This document shows positions 14,401-28,050 of a DNA stretch of 64,000 nt, one piece after another. Numbering within the stretch: position 1 is the first letter of the stretch; each line of letters begins with the position of its first letter. Where the stretch lies: NCBI GenBank assembly GCA_002633005.1, contig NMRA01000442.1:117463-181462 (forward strand), in the 5' to 3' direction. Source of the stretch: Phoronis australis (Eukaryota > Animalia > Phoronida). Position numbers and translations under genes: made by a program. The notes under the pieces were generated by a model. It ran no database searches and was not told the DNA's origin. It saw only the letters and a program-made list of their open reading frames with translations.

Positions 14401-17400
14401 GCATAGCCTTTTCAAAAATTTGGATGCCCTGCCTACATCCCGGATAAATCTCTAATTTACACTCTGTAACAAGCAATTGAACGATGCACTCTATTTTACG
14501 TCAAAAAAAATTACGCCCCTTTCAGTTTTATGACCTTTGTTGAATCGATACAATGGAGCCTTAATAGGCGCAATAACTAGGTGCCTGAAATGCACACAAT
14601 GATAATGTAACTTCTGTTGACTCGTGTACGGTCAATTGGAGAGCATACATTTCAAAACAAAATTTCACAGAATGACACCTGCCAATTCCAGCTCGGGTGT
14701 AAACAAATCAGGTACTCGGACAGATCAGCCAAGATTGTGACAATAAGTAGGAACGATATAGAATCAAATCTACGCGGCACCAACAAGTGCAAAATACTTG
14801 AGACTTCTGCCCGTTTCCAATCTTTCTACGAGAGTCCCGATTTATTTCCACTAACCACTATTGTGACTTCCATAAAATTTTACATACAATTAAATATACA
14901 TAGCATATGACAAGCTCGCTACAAGAGAACTTTTTTGTAGCCCGTACTCATGAGAAGAAGATGGTTTTATGTCTGCAGACCGTGGCTTGACGGTGCTTAG
15001 CACTAACCCCAACAATGGAGTGTTTGCTCATCCCGACTCGAGATGATGTTGAGACCTGATTTCAGACATTAAATCCAGGAGTGGTTTGTCCCAAGTTGGT
15101 ATATGCACTCAGTTTACAACACAACAGTGAGCATTTTTATCACACGCAATAGGTAATGATAAACAGTACAAAAAGTGGTGGACATGACAATAAAATTTAT
15201 CACTATTGTGTTGGTACCAGTTTGCATTTAGACAGGATAACTACGTTTGAAAAAAAATTCTGAATACAGACAGGCGCTTGAGTCTACCATACTCATCTGG
15301 CGGTTACAGCCCAGGGCGATTTTATTATGGCAATTCAAAAATCAGGTGAAGGGCATTAAGCCGAGCACGGGTATTTAAAAATTAAGTTTTTGAGAAGGTG
15401 GGGGGTAAGCGCTTGCCCCAACAGACCCTACAGACGTGTTTCACCACAAGAGTCATATAAAACATCAGAGGGATGTAGACAATACTGTAAGGAACTTGTC
15501 ATCTATAGTTCACTCGCATCACAGAGGTTTTAATGCGACATATCTTTAACTGTTCGGAAGTAAACATTATGCATACTTGTTAAGCTGTCTTCACAAACTC
15601 TAGTCACTGTTTTTCACACAAGAGAATGATCAAATGAGACAATTCACAACAACTCATGGACTACTAATTTTAAAATGTACACGAGATGAAAGAAACATGT
15701 CCTGTTTCAGTAAAGAGGAGAAGACTACGGGTTTTTTCTACTACCAGAAAAAGGCAAGGTTCTGCTGAAAGTGGCCAGTTGCTACGCGTCAATGTTTTAG
15801 AGAGTTACGGTCAGATAACTTCCGTCCTGGATCGAAGTTCACAGCACCAGTTAACTTTGCAGTACACAGGTGGAGCGTCTACACTGCAGTGTAATATGAA
15901 TGGTCAACTACAGTCCCCTCGAAGTTATCGCCAGGGGTCGCTGTTATCACCAACAATTAAAGGTCACTACCATCCCTAATAGTTACTTTATATTTTGCTC
16001 GAATAATCACCAATCGAATTAGAAATAAGTTTTATGCCAATTATCACATGTGAATCTCCCCAAATTAGTGTGCACGGGGTGAATCAGAGCTACCTTGGGA
16101 TTACTTCGATGACAACAGTGTCAGCTACCGTTAATTCAATGTCCGCTAACTACCGAAGCCGGTATGAACGTTTCCGTAAACTTCATAGTTTACGTCAACA
16201 CTCTGCTCAGACCGGAGTTAAGTCAGAATGAAAGAACCTTTACAGACATAATCACTCATAATAAAGTCTCAGTCGAGAATTTTGGGAGCTGAGCGATAAA
16301 CGGAGCATAGGTGTTAATCTGGACAAGAATGATATATTTGTGGGGCTGCGTGCGAAAATCCCTGGTATGACTTTTGGACCATTGTCTACACTGTACAAAT
16401 TGTTTAGGTTGAAGTTTTGAAGTTAGATCACTAATAGAAAACAAAAAATTGAAGTGTGTCAGACCACCTGCCATTTTAGCACCATTGCACATAAATTACA
16501 ATTCCACACTTGCAGTTTCTGACAACACAAAAGTTCAATGAAATCACATCAATTTTGGACCAAAGAAATAATTGTACTTTTTAAGTATTACAAAAGCTGC
16601 TAACATGGTTGGAAATGCAAACAATTTTTCAAAATGTTATCTGTGGAAAGCTACGTTTAAGGCACTTGAAATTGGTACTTAAAGAGTGAGAAAATAAAAT
16701 TTCACTTAATTAAATATTGCGTCCTATAGTAATTGGAAAGGTTTAACAGTACAGCAAGCCCAAAACCACCAAGGTGGTCTAGAATGAACAGGATGGGACA
16801 AACAACCACGCAATCAACAAAGGAATGTGAAAAGTGACGTCACGACACAATAACCCGCCTGAAATCACCCAGTCAAAAAGTTCCTTGTGATTTTTTTCAT
16901 TCATCACCATCATATTTCAAGTCTTGGGTAACAACTGAAGTACAATTGATACTGAAGAGTTGATAAGTTCCTTGATTTTAGTGCAGTCACTAGAGGTGAG
17001 GGAGTGAAATGTCTCTGGTATGCTCTTCACCGTCTATTGACCTTGCCGAGAGGAATGTGTGGAATGATCCAGGACAGGACATTAACAAAATCAAGGGAGG
17101 CAAAATCCAATTTCGGCTACCTAGCCCAGGGTGAGCAATCAGTGCCCCCAGTAATTGGACTCCTTGCAAGCTAAGTGGTGGTGTTTTGCCTACCATACAT
17201 TAGAATTTAGTAATTACCCACCATTACAGGGCACCCTCCTACTTGGCACTAAGTGGGGTTGGTATGTTTTATCAAATTACAGTGACTGGAAACCTGCTGC
17301 AAGAAACACCTGTTCAAGAGCAGCTGAAATCAATAACCAAAACCAAATTCTCAAACCAGATGTCACAAAGGCCACGTGAGCAGGACAACAACTTGAACAT

Positions 17401-20400
17401 TTAATGCGAGGTTTATTTTCTCAGTCCAACTATCTTTCTGAACTTGGCTAAACTTCAGCAACTCTTCCTATTTACATTACTCCGAATATCTTTCTACGCT
17501 GGCTACAAATCTTACATCGATCAATTAATAACAATATCTCGAGTGAAAGGGTTTGAATGTGGCGACGTTTTTATGTTTTTAGTTCATAACAACAAACAAA
17601 AACGTCCAGGTATGACCAGGTGAAAAAACACATCTGACAAACACTGCTATTGATAGTGTAAACACGATCCTATCACACAACCATTGTCAAGTATTGTAGA
17701 AACCAGAACCTCAGTATCTCAATCCTAGTAGTAATCAGTAGGGTAAACTGTCTGGTAAGACTAAACCAGATAGCAAACATTTTTTAGAACAGCCAGGGGT
17801 CAATATACTTTCCAAATAGAGACTAGGGGGGTGTTAATTAAACAGTTCTTTAGGAAAGCATCAACAACACAAGAAAATGAATCAGTGAACCTGCAAATGT
17901 CTTTCCTGTCAATGGGGTATCATCCAATGCTGCTGTGTTAACCACTATTTTATAAGGGTTCACCCATTCATCGCTCAAATGCCAATAAAGTTTTACCGTC
18001 GGTCGCGTAGTGAGTTACAATGCCAACACGGAAATTTGAAAAGGTGAGTGGGGCGCGATAAAGCGTTCTTCAAATTTCAACTCAGCTTTCCAAAACTACT
18101 TTAATCACACCATGTGTTTTTCTACATCTCCAAAAGAGGAGAGCTGACTTCAAGATGTGGCATCCTGTCTTCCCTAAACCAATTACTATTCCAACAATTG
18201 CTTTGTTTTCTCTTGGATACTTCCTTTTCTCAGGCTTTTATCTTGCTTACAAGATATTTTGCTTCTAACCAGGGTTGAAGGCAATTGGGGATGCCAGGAG
18301 ATGTCGTCCCCTCATTTTTTACTGCTTCAGTAGATTGCCCTTTGTTCCCCTGGTGATATCTCCCCTGGTGATGTCCCCCTGCTAGACCTAGCAATGAGCA
18401 TTTTCTTTCTTTGATTGATCTAAGATTGCTTCTAACTTTAGAAACTCGAAACAATACCAATAGCAATCCAAATGTTTGACAGCTTCAAATCACATGCTTG
18501 GATTTCTATGGTTCTTGCATCAAAAATTACAAGCAAAATAGGATGGTCCCCTATAGAAATCTTCTTTGTCATGGAGGTAGGAAAATGCTCTGTTACATTG
18601 GCTTTGTTTCAAAAATGTCGGGCTGATTTTAGGAATCATGTTGGAAAATATTGCATAAACGGATACTTCTCAAATTTAACCAACTTTCTGCCGTCGGAGT
18701 TGAAGCCCAAAGCACAGCAGTACAATTTTGTGGGCAGTAGAAGGTTGAATACAGTTAATGCAGTCAAAAAAATTGAGACCTCGGCTAGGTTGCATAAAAC
18801 TTCAAAATCATCCATTGGATAAGTACGATTGTTGCATGACGTCAGGTGCATTGTTCAACAACAACAACATGGTGCGTGATAATACGACGTCATTGTTGCT
18901 AAACAGAGTTTAACTTTTACGCAACTGGGCTCTGCTTGACTGATGCTGAAGCAATGTGGGTAAATACTACTAGATTCAGGTGCAGTGTGTAATCCAGGAC
19001 CGTCTCGTTGAGATAACCAAAGGCACTTTGCAAGTGGAAGAAAACCAACAGGAAGTTAGAAATATATAACAACCTAGTGCTATTACAACACTGTTGTTCA
19101 TAGTGTGAGCTGTGCAGCTTTCATACAACATGATTGGGATAGAAAATATTGTGTATTCAAGAATGTAACCAGCTTTAAACATTTGGAAAAGTGCAGTTTC
19201 AGCAAGAGAGAATACCATAAATAACAGTCACACCTGCTACAAAACTTCAGTTTTGGCCATAATCAAGTTTCCAAACAAAATCGAAATGCCCTGCCTCCTG
19301 GTAGTTAGAGATTGGACTGGAAACAATTGTGATATCCTAAGCCCGGCTTTATTCTTACCACATGGCAAAGTTTATCTAGATTCATTACAAACCAATTTGT
19401 CTGGGAATTAAACCAATAAATTGGGTAATTGATTCCATCTCAATCACAGTGGAGGTTCTGACTGGTGTTCAACAGTATCACAACACAGCCAGTAATGGTT
19501 TGTTGGTCAATATTGAATCACAAATCAAAGATGAGAATACACAATCACTCCCCTGCCACAGGACAGGGTATTCTCTTCCAATGGATAGAGGGCCTGCAGG
19601 GGCCAAGCCAACCGCAAAAAAATTGTAACCCAGGTACAGTAAAGGAGGAAAACTAAAGTAGTCTAAGCAATACTGATACGAATGTGTAGTAAAATGTCAC
19701 CAATTTCGGACAAAATAATTCTCAAACTTGCACCTTTTTCATTTATCAACCAAATCTAACGTTGTAGTTGTGAATGCGCACAATTTTTAAAAATATTTTC
19801 TATTGGTAGCTATGGTACAAAACTTAGAGATGGCAAAGCATCGTGCTAGCACTCTACATCATTTACGAAAAAAACGAGAAAACGAAATTTCGCCTGTGCA
19901 CCTTATTGTGTCCTTGTGAGATTTCACCATACTATCTTCACAATCACCACTACGTTGATCATCACTACACCTTTGTTGGCAATAGTCAGGTATAATATGC
20001 CCGTCTTTAAAGAACCAGTTCGATGCCGGTTATTCAGTAGAGAAATCTGGTTCTCAAAATTAGGACAGTCCGAGTCTTTCTCATGAACCACAGAGCTATT
20101 ACGGTAATTCTCCATTTATTGCGCAAAAAATAATTTCCAAAATTGTCATTAAAATACCATTTTTCAAAGGCTGATTACTTCAAGTGCAAATAATGAAAAA
20201 TTTGTCGTTTTATGACATCTGCACAGTGCAAACCAATCGTGCGAGTAAAAGACTAAAATTTTCTTTTAAATTCAATCTCTATTTTTGTGGACAAATTTGA
20301 CAAAATAGAATGTCCGCTCGCTGGTCATATTCTATGTTAAATAAGAGAAGAATTTTTGTAAATTACTGCTACCTTCTTCCATAACAAACAAAATTTATTT

Positions 20401-23400
20401 CTCATACTGTACTTCATTTTGCACAAAGTTATTTCTTGCCTCACAAACGGTGAGACCACACTTCTCGGTAGCAAATGTTTCACACAGCCATCTGGTATAA
20501 CTCCTTCATGTCCAGATGACAAAATAAAACTCGGTGCATCATTTTCGTACGAAACTATTGCAAAACCTGAGGGCTTGCTTGAACTCTATGTTGCTTGGAG
20601 ACATGTACCCTCCACAACAAATTCTTCAAGGAACCCTTCACCCATCCCAAATCTGACTGTGAGTTAAGTGACAGCTGGCAGGTCTAACACATCCCACTAC
20701 ACATCACAAACATTCCATTCTGACCATATTTTAAGGGGCCAATATGACACAACTGACTGACTTTAACTTGATGTTTTTCACAGCTACTTCCAATTGTTTC
20801 CCTGTAGGCAAACAGACAGGCAAGTTATACAAAATATGCATTAAATGCAAGTTGTACAATCTGGTAATCAGGTATCAAGTTCAGTGACCTCGAGAGTCTA
20901 GAGACAAGTTGGCCCATTGTAAGTTCCTCCAGGGTCATCTTGCCCCCCTCCCCTCGCCTCCCAATCAGCTGAGCATCAACACAAAAGACTAACACTGGTG
21001 TCGAGGCAGAAATGATCAGAAGAAAGTTGGCCAGCACATGCGTAAGAGAAGGCAAAAGGTAAGTTTAAAAGCACAGACCATAACAGCTCCTTGCTTCATA
21101 TACCTACAAACACATAAAACTTGCATGAAGACAAAAAGCTCGTCCCACCAATTTCTTGCCTTTTATCGTCATCTCAGTACAGTGACATCAGACACAAACG
21201 AAGCTGAAGATAAACTCGGATTGTAACGACTGTTGCCGCTGTCGCCACAGAAACACATCAGCTATCTAATCAAAGTTTTTGTGTATTTGACGTCATGTAT
21301 CGTGGAACTTCTAGGTTGTATTTTTATTAAAATGCATCGCCGGTGAGCTATCGCAGCTGGTCTAAGGTTTGTCATATCATAACTTAACGATGTTTGACCT
21401 CTATCCTACTCCTTAAAACCCTCAACGCCTCGACAAAACGACAATTTTTTTTCTGTCATAACGAGACTAAACACGTGAACTCCCCCTCACACCCATTGAT
21501 AAAATAGTGGAACTAACATTGAACAATGAACGGTATCAAGAACTACCAATTTCCATTTTCCGAGCCTTATGAGTCACAGTAACAAAAAAATCTTGAGACA
21601 CCAAGACAATAGCACAGGTGTCACAGGTACAATTTATGCCCATTACATGACACTTTAGTGTCTTGTTCCTATAAATATCACACCTATTCATTGAGGTCAC
21701 TGGTTCACTGACAATGCTAACAATAGCTCGTCAATGTGAGGTGAGTTGGGTGCAGGAGGTTAGTCTAATTACACGGGTTCATGGGTAAACAATGCCGCTG
21801 GCCCCGTCTGCGGTATGACAAAGCAACGGTTTAGTCATCGGAACTCAGGATGTCCTTGCTTATACAAAAAAGGAATGAATTGGTGAATGATTGTTCTCAA
21901 CCTGACACCCTCCTCATGCACAGCAAAAAGCCGACCAAACGGTCTCTTTATAATCGTGGTCAAACACATTGCATAGACAACAGGAGAGCTGTCAAGGAAG
22001 CGACTGTATGCACAAATAGAAGGAATGAAGAAACAAGCCATTTAAGACATTTGAATAAAAGAAATCAGTTGTTATTTTTTATTTCCAGTGACTATTCAAG
22101 AGTTAGAAAATAAATCATCATCTAATCTCGGTATTAGAACCAGCGAACGTTCTGTGGAGGCGAGAATCTCACGAAAACACAAGAGCACTCAAGCTTAAGA
22201 AATATCGCCATATATTGCAAAGGAAGTATGTGATCACCCTTGCTTCCTTAGCGAGATTCTTGCATCTACGAAACTTTTTCAGAGCCCAATATTCAGCACC
22301 AAAATCGAGGAATTGCGGGCCCTGCCCATTGCATTTGAGTACATACATGAGCTAGGGCAATTTCTAGGTTTCCCTTGGCAAAGAGTCTACTTGAGTACTT
22401 GCGGGTGTTTTCACACATAGCGGTGAAGCTGATCAGCAAATCAAATGTTTCGAAAGCTGAAATTCTCCATAGGTGGCAGTGCACAAACAATAACAGCATC
22501 GAGTGTGCCGACAAGAAACTAGAGTGCGCCTACAACCGAACAATTGGGCGCAGAAATGAATTTTTCTAAGTTGAGGTCAGGAGGGTAGCATGTAGTCAAA
22601 TGTTAACAACGGTATTGATCGGATATAACATGCCCGAATTTTGAGAACCAGTTTTCTCCACTGAATACGTAATGGGCACGAAACTGGTTCTCAAAATGCA
22701 GGCATGTTATATCCGACTAGTGCTGTTAACAAGAGAAGATACGGTAGTGACCTCACAAGGTATCTGATACAGTAACTCGAATAATGTGCCAACTTACATT
22801 CAACCTTCTGGCTGATAATAAAAGACAAATTTACATTTAAGTCGCATTGGATTGAAAGACAAGTTGACACTGAACAGCGTTTTATGAGTTTGTGTTGTCT
22901 GCAATGTAAACAGCAACCAAGACCATTTTAAGTATATACAAGTCTGAGGGCTACACAGTACAAAAGTGTTAGTTTGCACTAACTCGCCAAGAATCTAGGC
23001 ACAGTGTTCACTTTGAGTACAATGAAATCAAATATTTACTTGGCTTATAATTCGGGCAATATCTACATGTGCATTCCACAGTTAGGGGCCAGGGGCAACT
23101 GCCAAGATCCAGTGATTTAAAGCACATATTTGTCCTGATAATGGATTTGAGAATGAAGGATGGCACAGCAGACCACAAGAGGTCCAATGGGTCAACTCAA
23201 ATCAACTCCAGACCAAGCCTTTACTATAAAGGAGGTTCTGCGAAAACATAGACATGGTACATGGACCGCCAACTCCGTATACTTTCAATGGATGAAATCT
23301 TGTGTTCTTACAGAAGCAATGACGTCATTATTCACTAGCGACACCTGGCCAAATTATCAGGTTTTATTTCTAGCAAGTACGTGGTCTGCTAATCATGGTC

Positions 23401-26000
23401 GGCTGTTGTGTCATCACGAATACACTAACTGGAAACTGAAACAGATCATTTAAGATAGTGGCGCCTCCTCTAGGATAGTACACAAGAAAAATGCCGGAGT
23501 TACTGTCTATAATCTATGGTGAAAACCAGCTCTTACCTAAAAAATTGAAATATACCATACTCACTAGGAGACGTAGCCATGTTTGACGTAATGCCATTGC
23601 CTGAAGTACATCAGCAACATCAATTTTGAAGTCCACGACGTTTAATGGTAACCAGCCATCTAAATTTTAGTGTTTCTAATTTCTTATGCCTTAGCCATTA
23701 AATTGTATGAAACTGGCAAGTCCAAGATGAAGCAGCTTTGAACAGTCTTGGAGGGTTTCGAATTCTCTCTGCTACGGATCGGAGAAAACTATTTCACGGT
23801 GGATCATTTAGGTGCAATAGCTCTCCGAACAACAAAACCGTATCGAAGCAACAACAAATGTGTAGGGTTTTTACATAGAAGTCGGAACACTGGCCAATAA
23901 TAGTACGTGGGCACAAATTTCTCATGTTTAACTCACATCAAGGTTTATGGTTCACCACAACATATCACAAATGTGAAATTCCCTAAAAATGTATTCACGT
24001 GATTTATAAAAAGATCCAGGAAATTTTCAGTATGACATTTGTGCATGCTGGTGAAAATTTCCATAAATATAAATGCCCCTAATACACAACATTGGCTTCT
24101 GTCAATTCCAGTTTTTTCTAGAGTCCTATCATAAGTTCGAAGTGACACACGCATACAGTAATTAATATTCATAGCAAAAATATAATTTATATTCATTCCT
24201 GGTATAAATGTACATCATGTATGTATTAATGTTCTCATCATTTTTTCAATGAATATTAAGTAGCTACTGCACTGTTGGCCTTTACAACACTTGTAAGTTT
24301 GCACGTCACTACAAACTTATGAGAAGACTCCGAAGAAGCCAGAATCAGCACAGGCCAGGGCAGTGTTCAATAGCGCTTGCATTCAAACAGTATGAAGATT
24401 AAGTGAAACTCATCGGAACTGTAAAATGCCAACTGGGGACTCCATACGAAGTCAGCGAAATATTATTTCTCAGAAGGGCCAAGAGCATGAAATACAATAA
24501 CTTATCTGACAACTGTAGGGATGCTTAAACGGTTTGTTTACTGCAAAGTCTTATCTTCTCTCACTCCCCGCTTTTTTATAAAATCAATTGGTTTCCTTGG
24601 TAACAAATGATCAACATGTTTAATCAATCAAGATGTCAGAAAATCATCCAGAGATACAGTCTAAGTGCTTGATAAGGTCTACCAAAATGACAGGATTAAT
24701 CTCTCATAAATTCCTGGTGTCTAGACACACTAAAGAACAGGCATGGTCATGCTTGAATTCATGGCAATATTTTACTGGCAAAGTTAAGTGACTGTTGGGT
24801 GTTCAGTTTTAGTCCAAAGTGACTAGGTGCCGATTTGATAAGGAGTCCTACATACTAATTGCGTTTAATGGCAGGTAATGGCCAAAACACGAGCTTGCTA
24901 TTGACAAAGTGGGTGGGAAGACAGAAAGAAGTGGCATGAGATTTCATGGCCCAGTTGGTGAAAAAAATGATAAAACTTGGCAATAGACCAGGTTTATAGA
25001 ATTGAAGATATTCAGTAACCCAGTAAATAATTACAAAATACAAGGTGAATGAAATACATCAAATCTTGATTCGTGATTCCCATTCAATACAAAATAAGTA
25101 AAAACACTAACCATCAATTTCCATAAGAATTCAAACCTAAAAATGTGCTTTTTATCAGTAGGAGAAAAAATTGCTTGAAATACAGATAACCACATTTAGA
25201 TTTATCATCATACCACACGCTGATAAACTTACAGGGAGATAAATGCCAAATGTTGCGAAAAGTAAACATTGGAACTTGGAGGAGAACCATTCGTCAATAA
25301 AACAAGAGAAGTTATATGTCAATATAAACACCCATGCTAAAATATTTTGCCACAAGACGAAGTACTTTGAGGTGAACTCAGAAGTCTAAAAGATAATTTG
25401 AACCGAAATTTAAATTTCTTTCAGCTGAAATCATCCAGAAAGTCAACATATAGGGGCCTAAGCTTCTTCGAATAAATGTCCTGTAGCCTGCAGCAATTCA
25501 CTGGAGATGAATTTAGTTTTACTGTTCAATAAAATAAGCAAGCTAAATCTCAAAAGACTGACCTTTAAAATGCCAAGGCACTTGAATAGGCTACTCATAA
25601 ACAGGTGATTTTTCAAAGAACTCTTGCACTTCGTGTACAATCATTTAGCAATTTTGTGAACAAGTTAGTAGAGTCGTAAACTGCTCGCAATGCCTTGAGG
25701 CTCAGACTTACCTTGGCAAATCCCAATTAAACCATCCTCGGTAGAAGAAAGCGACGAACCGTGTTGGGGAGAAATTGCACATATCAATCCTTTGTCACAT
25801 TTTCCACTTAGACCGTACTCTCCACCACACGATTCGTTCAATGTTTTGGCGCAGGTGAAGCAGCAATCACAGTTATCGAGTGCCAAGCCACCCGGACATT
25901 CCGTCGGACTTGGGCACAGATTTTCGTCACAGGCCGGACATAAAAATCCGTGCGAAGAATGCAAGACGATCACAGATAGGAATATAAACAACCACCTCAT
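11284..26000 (-). CDS. CRIM1: CRIM1 (cysteine-rich motor neuron 1-like), 5' part; coding exons 25712-26000 and 11284-11409, remainder beyond left edge
   Basis: Signal peptide + IGFBP domain exon, then an in-frame phase 1-1 exon whose Cys spacing (GC-x-I-x3-C-x-C...C-S-x2-FEF-x5-CL) matches CRIM1 exon 2 as I recall it. Canonical GT-AG sites. No further exon found in 1-11283. Confidence 0.85.
12692..13023. mobile_element. hAT-like MITE
   Basis: TIR CAGGGATATTCCT/AGGAATATCTCTG; flanks ctagga/ctaaga; internal 19-bp tandem repeat. Confidence 0.6.
14152..14196 (-). mobile_element. LINE (RTE-like) reverse transcriptase relic
   Basis: Translates to NLFVDFEKAFNSV, matching the FxDFEKAFDSV RT motif. 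Confidence 0.5.
18782..18931. mobile_element. ~150-bp Harbinger-like MITE (second copy 42825-42977)
   Basis: GTTGCATAAAA...TTTTACGCAACTGGGC ends; interior aligns with 42825-42977. Confidence 0.7.
22607..22725. mobile_element. Palindromic MITE, same family as 3134-3258
   Basis: TCGGATATAACATGCC..ATTTTGAGAACCAGTTT / AAACTGGTTCTCAAAAT..GGCATGTTATATCCGA. Confidence 0.75.
23160..23300 (+). mobile_element. LINE (RTE-like) reverse transcriptase relic
   Basis: KSTPDQAFTIKEVLRK resembles the STxDQIFTLRQILEK RT segment. Confidence 0.45.
25712..26000 (-). CDS. CRIM1: CRIM1 coding exon 1 (signal peptide + IGFBP domain)
   Basis: MRWLFIFLSVIVLHSSHG-FLCPACDENLCPSPTECPGGLALDNCDCCFTCAKTLNESCGGEYGLSGKCDKGLIC...GICQ; donor CAAG|GTAAGT. 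Confidence 0.9.
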
Positions 26001-27829
26001 AATTGCTGGTGGTTTGCTTAACGAACAAAGCACATTAATGAATCGATTCCTCGACAAATTTTAGTTGAACGCTTGCGAGAACGTCAACCAATCGGACACG
26101 GATTCGCCGGTAGAAGAATCGATTAAGTGTTCAAGTCGAGAAACTGACCGCGAACACGCCGCTTCCGCCAAATTTTATTCAAACTAAATGTAATCCACTC
26201 CTTAACCACGAGTCAGTTGTGTTCTCGGTAACATCTAACCATACTTCACCTAAACGTGAAAGCTAAACTCACGTAAACAGCGCACCAGTCGAAAAAATCG
26301 CCTTCGCCACAAGCCGCTGCCTTTTTTGTGAGGAACATCTTGACGGGAATATACCCAGTCATCCGGGAGTGTTTGTCACGTGACGTTGTTTGGGTTTCAA
26401 ACAAATGAGCAAACACTGCTTTTGTTATAATCCGGGATAAGTCAATAAAGATATTCGCCCCCAAGTCGCCAGTTTTGTCATCAAGTGAGTGTAGATCCCC
26501 GAGAAACCGGGTACCTTTCGTGTTTTTTTTAAAGGAGGGACACTGAGTTCCCGGGGTCAAATAGTTCCTTTTGGAGGCCGACGGAACTCAGGCCTTTTCG
26601 CCGGTCGGCCAGGTCAGCTGAATCAACTGGCAACGGGGCGAGTACAGACCTCGGGGCGTACTCTATTATATTTTCGAGAAAGTGTGCCACAGGCAAATAC
26701 TGATACCCAAAATGAAACCTCACCCTTTTAAGCAAAGCACAAACGATTTAAGATTTATAAATTACTTTGACGTGCAGCCAAAGCGAAGAAAGCCCGCACG
26801 ACACTGAAAAGGCAACAGTCATAATAAAGTGCAAAACCATTCCCAGAGCTTTGTTGCAAAACGTATTTCATTTGGTTTGGAGAGTTCCTTGTCATTGGAG
26901 GTTTAATAAAAAGCCCACCCTTTCGTAAAGAACCTGGCGTGGAAGAATTCACTCCGTCCGAGTGTCCCGTCTCGAAAGTACCTGTCAAGCGCGCTCCCCC
27001 CGCCGCCGGGCCGGGCGGTGTCCGGTACGCCACTCACAACTGATTCTGTCGCTGGGAATTCGACAAATCCAATCACTGTTAAAAATAATGTGGGACGCCC
27101 TACTTGTTATCGCTACAAAAGTGATTGCTTTCGCTTATTTTAGGCCTAACTGCACAAAAATCGAGAAAAGTGACTTTTTCATGAGAGCTGTTGTTATACG
27201 TACAGCACAAACTCAAAAGGTGGTGTTTTAATTTTCCGGCTGCTGTCACACACAACAGAAAGGCCTGCAGTAATCGGAGCAAAAATTGTGGCTATGAGTT
27301 GTTTTCGGGAACACGTCTAACGAACCGACCCAGACGTTGTAAAAGTTAACAAACCTAAGGGAATACTATTCGTTAAAAACGACATTTCATTTGAGGCTTT
27401 ATTTTGCTCTGTTTGCAGGCTTGAAATCATGTCAAAGTAGACATTTTACTATTTCTTGCCGTGACTGAGTTCTGTTTACGTTACCAACTAACAAGAACAA
27501 CGAAGTTATCAGCGACTCAAGAAAACGCTTCGAGTTCATTGGGGTTGGCCATGAAGACCTAAACACTGCCTTTGTCTTGAGTTAATAACGAAAATAAAAT
27601 TTTACCACGGTAGTTAATATTGTAAGACCAACTTTATGCGAGTAAAAGACATAATCCGAGAGTTGTTTTCTAGCCACCTAAACAGGACGAAGTGCAACTT
27701 TTTGAACTGCCAATTATCTGATGCACACACAAGCGCCATCTATACATTTTGAATAAAACTATTTTCGAAGGCATTTCCTTGGTGTGAACTCAACACACTG
27801 GAAGGCTCGCACAATCTTTTCAGTATGAG

Positions 27830-28050
27830 TGTGCGCGCACCCGAGGAAGGGGGTAACTTGGGGGCTCGAACGACCCCCCCCCCCATATGGCGAAGTGGAC
27901 AAAAAGGTCTACCTCAGAAAAACATAAACTCCGAAAAAGTAGAAAACTAGACAATTAAACTCCACTAAAAGGCTAGAACTATCAAAATTCGGCGAATGTA
28001 CACTTCATAGCTCTGACTGTACACCATGAATCTTAGTAAAAGGTTTACGC
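27830..28050 (+). repeat. Dispersed DNA-transposon end fragment, inverted homolog at ~46490-46693
   Basis: Shared ...GGTC(T/C)ACCTCAGA.AAACA.AAA.TCCGAAAAAGTAGAAAAC.AGACAA... in opposite orientation. Confidence 0.65.
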
